Positions 1 to 10,700 of a stretch of DNA of 64,000 nt are shown here, one piece after another. This DNA comes from Spizellomyces punctatus DAOM BR117 (taxonomy: Eukaryota). Every line of letters starts with the position of its first letter. The stretch's first letter is position 1. Location: assembly GCA_000182565.2 (NCBI GenBank), contig KQ257467.1; one strand, written 5' to 3'. Made by a program: the position numbers and the translations under genes. Below the pieces are notes generated by a model, which saw nothing but the letters and a program-made list of their open reading frames with translations, ran no database searches and was not told the origin of the DNA.

Positions 1-50
1 CCCAGACCACCCAGGCCACCTACCAAGAAAGCAAGATCCATGTAGTAGAG

Positions 51-3000
51 GTGGCTCCATACTCTTTAAGTACCCCCAAAGGGCCAAGAATTCCCCAGAG
101 TCACTTGCTGACTGTGCAAGGTAGAATCCAAGGAATCCCAGTAACCATTCTCCTGGATAATGGGGCAAACCAACTCTATGTGTCACAGTCCTTTGTCAAG
201 AAGGCACAACTGGTGACTCATTCTCTCCCTGGAGCAGAAATCTCTATGGCTGATGACAGAAAGCACCAAGAAATAGGCTTTGTCAAAGGTCTTCAGTACT
301 CAGTAGGAACCTACACAGAACAGTCAGACTTTATAGTAGCCCCAATCAAGTTTGACTTGATCCTGGGTATACCTTGGTTTGCCTGGAGGAATCCCAGTAT
401 CAACTACAACAAGAACACTGGGACCTTCACCACCTCCCAGCACCCCAGAGTCAGATGGTTTGTTAAGCAGGCCAGCTCTTCCAACAAATCCCAGAAGTCC
501 AATCTTATCACCATGGTATCAGCAAAGATGTTGGCCAGAACACTGAAGAAGAGGACAGCAACAGCTTTTGCTGTGTATCTCAAGAACCCTCAAGATACCA
601 GCACCCCTCCAGACACCATGGATTCCAAAGTCACCAAGCTTCTTGAAAACTATCAAGATGTCTTTGCTGAAGAGCTTCCCCCAGGACTTCCCCCTGAGAG
701 ATCAGTAGATCACAGAATTGAACTCAGTGACCCCAACCAGACCCCCTGGAGACCAACCTACCACCTCTCTTCTTTGGAGTTAGAAGAACTGAGGAAGCAG
801 CTTTCAGAGCTTCTGGAGGCAGGCCACATCAGACCATCCAAGAGCCCATTTGGAGCACCTATCCTCTTTGTTAAGAAGAAAGAAGGTTCTTTGAGGATGT
901 GTGTGGACTACAGGGCTCTGAATAAAATCACCATCAAGAACAGATATCCCCTCCCTAGGATTGATGAGCTGATGGATAGGCTGAATGGGGCCCAGGTGTT
1001 TACCAAGCTAGATCTGAAGTCAGGCTATTACCAGATCAGAGTCCACCCAGAAGACATCCCCAAGACAGCCTTCAGAACCAGATATGGTCACTTTGAGTTC
1101 CTGGTCATGTCCTTTGGAATGACCAATGCCCCAGCCACTTTCATGACTTTGATGAATGATGTTCTAAGACCCTTCTTGGACATCTTTGTCATTGTCTACC
1201 TAGATGATATCCTCATCTACTCCAAGACCCCAGAAGACCACCTGGACCACCTCAAGCAGGTTCTACAAGCCCTTAGGCAGAACAAACTGTATGCCAACCC
1301 CAGCAAGTGCCAGTTCTTCAAGCAAGAAGTAGAGTTTCTTGGCCATGTAGTCTCACATGAAGGAGTCAAGCTTGACCCCAAGAAAGTGCAGACTGTTCAA
1401 GAATGGCCCACCCCTCAGAGTGTCACTGAAGTCAGACAGTTCATGGGCCTGGTGACCTACTTCCATAGCTTTCTGAAGGACCTGGCAGAGCAAGCTGCAC
1501 CATTGACAGACCTGTTGAGAAATGACAAGCCCTGGACCTGGTCTGAACCTCAGGAGAAAGCTTTTCAGCAGCTGAAGGATATGGTCACCAAAGCCCCTGT
1601 ACTCAGACCCTTTGACCCAGCCTTGCCTACCACTGTCTTCCCTGATGCCTCAGGCTATGCAGTTGGTGCATGGCTTGGACAGGATGATGGGAAAGGCATG
1701 AGACCAGTTGCCTACCATTCCAGGAAGATGGCCCCAGCAGAGACCAGATATGACACCAGAGAACAAGAGCTGTTAGCCATCCATGATGCCCTCAGAGTTT
1801 GGAGGCCCTACCTGGAAGGAACCCCCTTCAAAGTTATCTCAGACCACCAGCCCCTCAAGTGGCTACAGAACCAGCCCTTCTTGACCAGAAGACAAGCCAG
1901 ATGGGTCATGAATTTCCAATCTTTTGACTTTGAGATTGGCTATGGCCCAGGAAGACTCCACACAGTGGCAGACATCCTGTCTAGAAGACCAGACCTGGCC
2001 CCAAGATGCATCAAGTGCAAGGCCTTGGTGACAGCAGAGTTGAATGCTGTGACCCACACCACCAGCACCCTTCAAGAGAGATTGAAGACCAGTACCACAG
2101 AAGACCCAGAACTTCAAGAGCTCATCCAAGCTTTGGATGACCCCAGGAGACCAGAAGACCAGCAACAAAGGCTCAAGTACCTCAGCCATCAGGATGGGTT
2201 ACTCTATTTCCAGGACAGGATCTTTGTTCCTAGTGACCCAGACCTAAGGTTGAGCCTACTCCAAGAAACCCATGACACTCAGTATGCTGGACACTTTGGC
2301 ATCACCAAGACCCATGATGCCCTAGCAAGGCATTACTACTGGCCAAGGATGTACAAGGACATTAAGAAGTATGTCAAGTCTTGTGATTCCTGCCAGAGAA
2401 GCAAACCTAGTCAGCAACCACCAGCAGGCTTGCTGCAGCCCCTCCCAGTACCCAAGACCAGATGGAGCCAGATCTCCATTGACCTGATCCCTGACCTACC
2501 CATGACTTCCTCTGGTCACAATGCCATCTTTGTCATTGTTGACAGATTGTCAAAGAGAGGCCACTTCATCCCTACCACCACCAAAGCCTCAGCCAAGGAC
2601 CTGGCCCTGCTCTTCTTGAAGCACATCTTCAAGCACCATGGCCTCCCAGAAGTGATTGTATCAGACAGAGACACCAAGTTCACCAGTTCATTCTGGTCCA
2701 ACTTGATGCAACTCTTAGGCTGCAACACCCTCCTAGCCACTGCAAGACACCAGCAGACCAATGGACAGGCAGAGAGAACCATCAAGATATTGAAGATCTA
2801 CCTCAGAGCTTCCCTGGAGTACAACATGAAGAATTGGGAAGATCTTCTCCCCTTTGCTGAGTTTGCCTACAACAACAGTGTCTCAGAAACCACAGGCTTT
2901 ACCCCATTCTACTTGGAGAATGGCCAGCATCCCAGGACCCCAGCAACACCACCAGGAGAAAGCAATGATCTTGAAGCAACAGACTTCCACCAGTATATTC

Positions 3001-3541
3001 AGCAACTGCTTCAAGTAGCCAAGGATAACATGATACTGGCCCAAGAAAGACAAGTTCAGCAAGCCAACAAGTCTCTCAGCAAGGCCCCAAGCTACCCCCT
3101 AGGCTCCAAAGTTTGGCTGTCTAGAGAAGGTATCACCCCAGAAGAAGAAGCCCAGAGGCCAGCCCAGAAACTTCTTCACCCCTGGCTTGGACCTTACAGA
3201 ATCAAGGCCAAGGATGAATTTCAGAATTACACCCTGGAGCTCCCCAGCACCATGAAGATTCATCCAGTGTTCCATGTGAGACTCCTCAAGCCTTACTTGG
3301 ACCCCACAGAGGAGTTCCCTACCAGACCAGTACCCCCTGAGCCTGAGCCAATTACCAGCAAGGAGAAGAGTTTTGGGAAGTTGAGAAGATTCTTGACCAC
3401 AAGACCAGAAGGAAGAAGAATCTCTACCTCATCAAGTGGAAAGGCTATCCCTCCTCTCAGAACACCTGGGAACCAGAAGAAAGCCTCCTACCCCATGGCA
3501 GAGAAATCTTGAAGGAGTTCCTAGCCCAGAAGGGAGCTTAA
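51..3541 (+). CDS. pol: Gypsy Pol polyprotein (protease, RT, RNase H, integrase, chromodomain after a 1-nt frameshift near 3355)
   Basis: Motifs LLDNGA (PR), [11 protein letters not shown] and YLDD (RT), DASG and SDHQPL (RNase H), H..GH..CDSC, SDRD and NGQAER (IN). A second frame from ~3359 reads [41 protein letters not shown] and ends at TAA 3539-3541. Confidence 0.93.
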
Positions 3542-3557
3542 TCTTAAAGTGGGGGAG

Positions 3558-4107
3558 TGTGACAGAATTCTTCTGTCAGTGCTATAGTTATACTGGTTAG
3601 ATGTGGTTCCAAACTAGTGGTCACATGACTTTGCTGATGGTGTCAGCATTCATTGGACCAGAATTAGATAAATAAGCAGATTTAGCCATTTCTGGCTAAA
3701 TTAGATGAGTATCCTGACACACTGGCATCTGCCCCTTTCAATCAAGTGGCACAGTGTATTTAGGATGACTTGTCTCACTTGTGATTGGCTATAAATGGTG
3801 CAATAGGCTGACAAATAGTTTAGGATGATATGTATAAGATCTGATTGGTTGCAAATGGTGCAATAGGCTGACAAATAGTTTAGGATGACATGTATGAGTT
3901 GTGATTGGTTGCAAATGGTGCAATAGGCTGACAAATAGTTTAGGATGATGTGGGTGAGATCTGATTGGGTAGTTAGGATATAGCATTTGTCAGCCCCTTT
4001 GTCTATAAAAAGAGGACCTCTCTGAGGCCCCTCAAAGAAGAATAACAAGTAGTAACCAAGTCTTCCCTAGTTTTCTGTTGTCTTCTTGTCCCTGCTAGCC
4101 TGTTACA
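3558..4107 (+). repeat. 3' LTR of Gypsy element A (550 bp)
   Basis: Starts TGTGACAGAATTCTTCTG directly after the PPT and ends CCTGTTACA. TATA-like TATAAAAAG at ~4004. Both ends match the solo LTR at 5708-6163. Confidence 0.9.
3757..3980 (+). repeat. 60-bp tandem repeat (~3.5-4 copies) inside the LTR U3 region
   Basis: Unit approximately TGATTGGTTGCAAATGGTGCAATAGGCTGACAAATAGTTTAGGATGAYA..., repeating with an exact 60-nt period across 3781-3960. Each unit has a reverse CCAAT box (ATTGG). Confidence 0.9.
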
Positions 4108-4216
4108 AAGAGCCACTGAAAATGGTGCCAAAGTTGAGTTTGGCAGCAAGGGATGCTGTATCAAGACTTCAGACAGCCAGGAGGCAATCCAGGGAACTCT
4201 AGGGGGCGGTCTATAC

Positions 4217-5134
4217 ATGTTTCATGCAAGAGAACATGCAAACATAGCCTCTGGAATGAGTTTGGACCTCTGGCATCACAGGTTAGGACATCTGAACATC
4301 AACAGCATCAAAATCTTGGCTAGGAACCAGCTGGGAAGCAGTCTGGAGGTCAAGAATCACACAGAAACATCACCATGTGAAGCCTGTGCCATTGGAAAGA
4401 TTACCAGGTGTCCCTTTCCAAAGGGAGAAGCAGCTAGAGCAGCTCTACTGCTGGGGGTGGTTCACAGTGATGTGTGTGGGCCCATGAAGACACCAAGTCA
4501 TGGTGGAGCAAAGTACTTTGTCACATTCATTGATGACAAGTCAAGGATGACGGCAGTTTATCTTCTGAAGGAGAAGAGTGAGGTTCTCAGCATATTCAAG
4601 GAGTTTGAGGCCTGGGCAACCAACTTCACAGGGCAGAAGATCAAAACTCTCAGATCAGACAATGGGGGAGAGTATGTGGGCGAAGAATTCAAGAAATTCT
4701 GCAAGCAGAAGGGAATTCAGCAGCAATTCAGCACCCCCTACACACCAGAGCAGAATGGTGTTGCTGAGAGGATGAACAGAACGCTGGTGGAAATGGGAAG
4801 GTGCATGCTGCACCACAGTGGACTCAGCTACAAGTTCTGGGGCGAGGCAATCATGACAGCGGTCTATCTCAGGAACAGGAGCCCCACTGCAGCACTCAGC
4901 AACCAATCCACACCATTCCAAGAGTTTACAGGCGGTAAACCAGATCTCCAGCACCTCAGAGTGTTTGGCTGCGTGGCCTACACTCATATTCCAAAGGAAA
5001 AGTGGTCAAAACTTGATGAGAAGGCCAAGAAGGCAGTCATAGTCGGCTACAGCACTCAGAGTAAGGCCTGCAGACTGTGGGTACCTAAAATAAACCAAGT
5101 ATTTCAAGGGACATCATTATTGATGAAAGCTTGA
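4217..5134 (+). pseudogene. Copia integrase region (truncated pol)
   Basis: 305-aa ORF with HHCC zinc finger, DDE core and SH3-like HLRVFGCVAY..KLD; frameshifted near 5100. Confidence 0.88.
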
Positions 5135-5707
5135 TGTGGGAAGCTCAAAGGCAACAGAAGACATCACTGCAAGAAGACAAGATTGAGATTCCTCTGGGAG
5201 GGGAGCCTTCATTCTTGGGCAACCAAGAGGGGCTAGGGCTGGATGGAGAGACTCAGAGAAGGTCCAATGTCACACTAGAACGCTATGTCTGATTGAGAAT
5301 CAGATATAGGAATATGTCAAACTACCTCTGGGGAGATGAACAGTTGGCTGCAAGTGGGTCCTCAACCTGAAACTCAACTCACATGGGTCATTAAAGAGGG
5401 AGGCACAAGGCAAACCTGGTGGCCAAAGGGTACTCCCAAGTTGAGGGACTGGACTACAAGGAGACATTTACACCAGTAGTTAAGTGTGCCACCATCCAGA
5501 TATCCCTCACACTGGCAGCCATGGGGGACATGGAGATCTATGTGTGGAGAGAGGACATCTATGTGGACCAGCCAGAAGGCTTCACCACAACAGGAGGACT
5601 TGCTTGCAAGCTGAAGAAGAGTTTGTATGGTCTGAAGCAGGCTCCAAGTGCCTGAAACAAAGTCATTGACCAGCAATGGACTTCCACAGATATGAATCAG
5701 ACCATTG

Positions 5708-6163
5708 TGTAACAGAATTCTTCTGTTAGTTACTTTGTCTTTAGTTAGTCAGTCAGTAGTATCAGTAGTGTAGTAGTTTGGACTTAGAGATTTTCAGTGC
5801 AAGTCCATTAGTCTTAAAATGGCAGGCACATGTCTCTGAAACAAATGTTAGTAAGGAGGCAGGCCTAAAGGTTGATTTACCTAAATTAGGCAAGTCATAC
5901 TCCTGAAAGGAAAATGTGAGTCAGAGACACATGTCTGAAACAAATTCCCCTTACTGAGCTGCAGAAAATAATTTTTGCTGCAAAGATAAGGAGGATACAT
6001 TGTGACTCAGTAGTTTAGAAGTCTTTTCATTGGTTAGAGATAAAACTGAAGCCTTGGCATTTTTGTCTATAAAAAGGGAGTGTTCCCACACCCCCCTCTA
6101 ATAGAATAACCAAGTTTTCCCCAAGTCTTCCTAGTCTTCTTGTCCCTGCTGCCTATTGTTACA
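5708..6163 (+). mobile_element. Solo LTR (456 bp) related to element A, inserted in the Copia RT
   Basis: TGTAACAGAATTCTTCTG...ATTGTTACA termini flanked by 5-bp TSD CATTG (5703-5707 and 6164-6168). TATA and R/U5 similar to LTR 3558-4107. Confidence 0.92.
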
Positions 6164-6951
6164 CATTGACTCTACACCAATAAGCTGACTGGCATCTACC
6201 TTATCCACTCTGTGGATAACCTGATTCTGGCTTCAAGCAATGTTCAGCAGCATCAAGAACTCAAGAGGCTACTCAAGAACCAGTTCAAGATGGCAGATGT
6301 TGGTGAATTGGAATACTTCTAGGTATTCAAATCAGTAGCTACATGGCCAACAGAATCAGCTGGCTATCTCAGCAGCAGCACAGGCTTCAGATTCTCAAGA
6401 AACTCAAGATGGAGGACTCCAAACCTGTTGTGTACTGTTTGCATGCTCAGCCCACTTTTTCAAATGCACAGTTGTGCTCAGTTTCCTGTCACTGTTTGGA
6501 AAGAGGAGTAAAGCTAAAAAGAGTACAATATTATATATTAGGTTCTTCTTTATAAATATGTATTAAAGTGAAATCAGTCCTGAATATATAGAAAAGGACA
6601 TCATTAGGTCAGGTAGAATGTGCAACTTACATTATATATTATATTAAAATTTATTTTTTAGTATATAAAGGGCAGCAAATATATATAAGTATTATTCTTA
6701 ATTACAGACAATAATTCTGATACAACCATACAACTTACACAACCTATTCACTGTTCAGTATAGCAGAAATATAGCAGCATTTATATTACTAAATTTGATA
6801 TTATCTCATCAGATTTGTGTACTTTTTATTACAATATACTTAATATAGGAAAGGTATCAGAAATAGCCTTAGAATATCAAGCTATCTATTAAAATATTTC
6901 CCTGCAACACAGCTTTTCCCCACATCATCTGCTGGTGCTCAATATACCATG

Positions 6952-7017
6952 GTTATTCCTCCAATAACTTGAGGACTTCTATGTGTTATTCCTCCAATAA
7001 CTTGAGGACTTCTATGT
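6952..7017. repeat. Perfect 33-bp tandem duplication
   Basis: GTTATTCCTCCAATAACTTGAGGACTTCTATGT at 6952-6984 and 6985-7017. Confidence 0.9.
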
Positions 7018-7077
7018 GTTAGCTAGTGAGGAGTTTCTGAGAAAATGATACAGAAAACAGAATGGGAATAAGGGTAT

Positions 7078-7677
7078 TGTAGCGGATTTTTTGTTGGTAG
7101 ACTACGGTAAAGACGACTTGGGTCTCCTAGCAGGTTATGTGGGTGGCCGTACTAGGAATCATAGTCTCCGAATCCTTTCTTTGGGCGTCGGTAGCGACTT
7201 GGGGGCGAGAGGCAAGGAGAGTCAGTTAGTTGTGAACCGAGCAGGATTTAGAGGCTTCGGTACGGGTGATCAGGCCGTTGAAGCGCTCTGTTAGGTTCCT
7301 GTTAACCTAAGATTGGAGTTGAGAAGCGAGTTATGGGGATTTTGTGTCGCTACGGCTTCTGCCCCCAACTTATTTTATTGAATACATCCTTTTTATACAA
7401 GATTCTTGGATAAACTGTTAAACTAAACTAAACTAATGGGTGTCGCTGCACCGCAACTGATTTATTGGTGGCGGTACCAATCTCTTCCTTTTCCGCACTG
7501 GCTCGGGCCTCCACAGGTTGTACAAGGCATGCTGAAATCTAATGCGCCAATTGCCATTCTCCGAACCAGTTTTTTTGGTCGCGGTAACCCAATCGGTGGA
7601 GTTGGTCACGCGATTCGTGCTTCCCGCGTCCGATTTGGGCTTACTCGCGATCTCTCGAAGACGTCCTCGTTGTTACA
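7078..7677 (-). repeat. 3' LTR of element B
   Basis: TGTAGC...GTTACA on + strand; direct repeat of 15369-15968; minus-strand AATAAA near 7373-7379. Confidence 0.97.
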
Positions 7678-7688
7678 TCCCCCCTTTG
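7678..7688 (-). other. Polypurine tract of element B
   Basis: + strand TCC-C-run-TTT immediately inside the LTR, read as a purine-only A/G run on the minus strand. Confidence 0.85.
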
Positions 7689-7734
7689 AAGAGCCAACGC
7701 ACCGGTGCTCCGAGCGGGGGTGTTGGGACATCAA

Positions 7735-10700
7735 TTACCAGGTCGGTACCAGATCTGTGGGGTCCGCTTCATCTGCATCTTGGTTCACGACCCAGATGAT
7801 ACTGGCACGGCCACCGACGTTGCAACAAAACCAGATTTGATCTGTTGCGGTACGAACGATGGTACCCGGGGTCACGTCGGGGCCAGTTCTGGTTACGTAG
7901 AGGGCCGTAAAGGTCTCCGCGGCCCTTTTCAGGTTTGTCGCGCGGAAATGGTACTCCGCGTGCTCGTGATGTCGGGGTCTGGTGAGCCTTGCAGAGGCTT
8001 CCGCTGCGTTCGCCGTCCTTAGGAGCACCGTCCTAGCTGCTTCAATGATGGCGGACGCAAACTCGTGGGTGTCGTCGTTCGGCCAATCGGTGAACGGAGC
8101 CATTTTTCGGCTTCCCGCCTCGTGTTGGGGAACCCCGCGGTCAAGCCAAGCGGCGCACGGAGCTGGGCGCCCTCTTTTTCCGGGTTTTTTCGCGTCGGCA
8201 ACTATTCCAACCACTGCTTCACCACCATCGGTGGCCTTGCTGTAGGGGTCCGCAATGTGGTTTGTGAGGGGCTGGCCCACCGCATAAGGTTTCGGAGCGT
8301 CGACTCCCAGCCAAAACTCATGCCCTGGAGTCTGCAGCGGCACGTTGGGGTTGGTCCGAAGCTGATGAACCCAGGAGTGAACCCAGGTAGCGATCGCAAC
8401 CCCAAGGCAATCCAGCACGCCCTCGGCCTCGAAGTCGCCCGAGTCTTCCTCCCAAGGGTAGCCGGACATGTACGTGGAGGGTACGCTCACTCCTGCTTGT
8501 CCTCTGAGATCGGTGTTCATTGTGTTAGAAATGGAAGTTTTAGTTTCGGTGTCGATAGAAGGGGTTTGCGAAGCAGAGTGAGTGTGTAAGGGAAGTAGGT
8601 CGTGGGCGGTTGAAGAAGAAAAAAGAGGGGGAGCGTGCAGGGGCGTCCTTTTAAGGTTGTCGCCGGCTGATTTTGACAGCTCAGACGCGCGTAAGCGTGA
8701 TCGGGAGGCTTGGTGTGGCGTTCTCGACTGGTGAGGTAAGCCACGCAAAACTGGTTTTCTTTCTGGTGAGAGGGCGTGATTATCATGTGAGCTATCGTCC
8801 GGATAAACCGCGAAGCATTGGTGGTCGGAAGCATAAGCCGTATCTTCCAGGGCGTCGCCTGCAAGGCTGACTACCAAAGAGTCCTCTACTAGTGTGCTAG
8901 TGGGAGCTCTGGATCTCCAGTACTCTTCTAAGGCTTCGGAAGCCTCTGTTAGGGCTTCCTCTGGTTCCCAGGTATCCTCATGGGGTGGGTATCCGGACCA
9001 ATGTATTCGAAATTGACGTTTTCCGCGCCTGGTTCGATGGTCTACTATCGCTTCCACTTCAAACTCGCCATCTGAAGCGTCAGAATCCTCCGCTTGTGCT
9101 TCCGCAACCTTTTCCTCAGTTTCGGCGTCGACAGGCTTCTGGTACGGACGTAATTTCGATATGTGAAACCATGGATGAAGTCGTCTCATCTTGTCTGGCA
9201 GTTTTAACTCATAGTTGTCACGGAGAGGGTTACAGTCGGTCACCGTGACTGGTCCCAGCCATTTCGGAGCGATCTTGGACTCATACCCTGCTAGGTTTTT
9301 CGTGCTCAGAAGCACCTTATCTCCTCTCCGGAACTCCAAATGTCATCGCGATAAATCATAATATCTTTTCTGCGAATCCTGGGCTTCGATCATCAGATCT
9401 CGGATAAGGATGTTTAGGTCACCGAGGTGTTTACAGAGCTCCTCCGCATCTGCATTTCTGGTTTCTGACGGCCTTTCGACGATGTCCACCAGTGGATTGT
9501 GGGGCTCATAGCCTAGGTCCATTCTGAATCGCGTCATTTTTGTCGCCTCATGTACTGTATCGTTGATAATGAATTCCGCAACTGGAAGAAAGGTGTCCCA
9601 GTCGTCTAATCGGGTGTTGACCATTGTGGTAAGGACCTGCAAGACTGTTGCGTTGTCTCTTTCTGATTGTCCATCACCTTGAGGGTGGTAGGCTGTGGTG
9701 AGCTCTTGATTAATCTTTAGGTTTTTGCAGACCTCCTGCCAAAATCGACTCGTAAATTTGGAGTCGCGGTCCGAGATAATGGTCTCCGGGATGCCGTGCA
9801 ATGGGGCGTAGCGCTCTATAAAGAGTTCCGCGACCTGAATAGCTGTCGCAGTGCTCTTGAGGGGCCATACGTGGATCCTCTTTGAGCATTTACATGCTAT
9901 TAACCAAAAGGCGTCGTACCCTCTGGAAGTAAGTGGGAGCTTGGTTACGAAGTCAGTCGTGATGACTGTCCAGCGTCCCGGAGCTGGTGGTATGGGTTTC
10001 AGCAACCCCGGAATCAGTTGCGGTACCCTTTTTGAGTGTTGACAGGTTTCACATCCTGCGCAGTGTTTTCTGAAATCTTGTGCCATTTTTGGCCACCAGA
10101 CTTGCGCTGCAGCTCTAGCGTAGGTTCTTTCGAATCCGAAGTGTCCTCCCCCCTCATGAAAAAGCTTGCGCACCTCAGGGGTGCAAGCAGGGGGCACGTA
10201 AAGGCGCCAAAGGTCTTCGGAGACTGAAAAACGGTGCCACAGCAGGTTATCTGCACGTTGCCAGTCCTGAAGAAAGCGCATGTCGGTGGTAGTGTACGTG
10301 TCGGGGCTGGTCTCCCATAGAAGGGTGCGGGCCTGTTGGGCGATGGGGTGGAGCGGGCCGGTGAGGCCAGCATGGATGGCGGTGATGAGTGCGGGCTGTA
10401 ACGCCAAACGAAAGATGGCATCTGCCAGTGTTGAGGAGGGTGCGGGACCGGCTGGCGGGGTGCGCGGCCGTCGTCCTTTGCGTTCCGACACCCATATTTC
10501 GGTCGCGGTAGAGCAAAGAAGAGTTTCCGCGCCAAGTAGCCGCAAAAGTGTATCAGCAACTATGTGGAAGCATCCTGGTTTGTGTATGATTGTCATCCAT
10601 TCGGACCAGTAACTAAGATCGAGGGCCCAGCGGAGGAGCTTTCGGTTCTCGCCTTTGTATTTGGCGAGCCACAAAAGAGCTCGGTGATCGGTAATGACCA

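Larger units (their letters stand above)
1..4107 (+). mobile_element. Ty3/Gypsy chromovirus LTR retrotransposon A (5' part outside the window), apparently CpG-free
   Basis: pol ORF with PR-RT-RH-IN order, frameshifted chromodomain, polypurine tract AAAGTGGGGGAG at 3546-3557, and 3' LTR 3558-4107 (TG...CA). Copia coding sequence resumes immediately after the LTR. Confidence 0.95.
4108..6500 (+). mobile_element. Decayed Ty1/Copia LTR retrotransposon fragment (integrase plus RT remnants)
   Basis: GAG-pre-integrase LWHHRLGH..CEAC, integrase HSDVCGP, RSDNGGEY and NGVAERMNRTL (ORF 4217-5134). Copia RT pieces LVAKGYSQVEGLDY, IYVDQPEG, LKKSLYGLKQAP (5410-5655) and QFKMADVGELEYF (~6280-6320). IN precedes RT. 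Stops, frameshifts and deletions present. Right end approximate. Confidence 0.9.

Noticed and set aside
3340-3365. Programmed frameshift producing an optional chromodomain in element A
   Set aside because: No slippery heptamer or evident stimulatory structure; a single-base deletion or sequencing error is simpler.
3757-3980. Regular repeats resembling a CRISPR array
   Set aside because: Contiguous 60-bp tandem units without unique spacers, inside an LTR, in a eukaryote, with no cas genes.
4108-4112. AAGAG as the TSD of element A
   Set aside because: The 5' junction is outside the window, so it cannot be verified.
7091-7840. Short + strand ORFs duplicated at 15382-16018
   Set aside because: They lie within the LTRs, are antisense to the element and have no recognisable motifs; the duplication reflects LTR identity.
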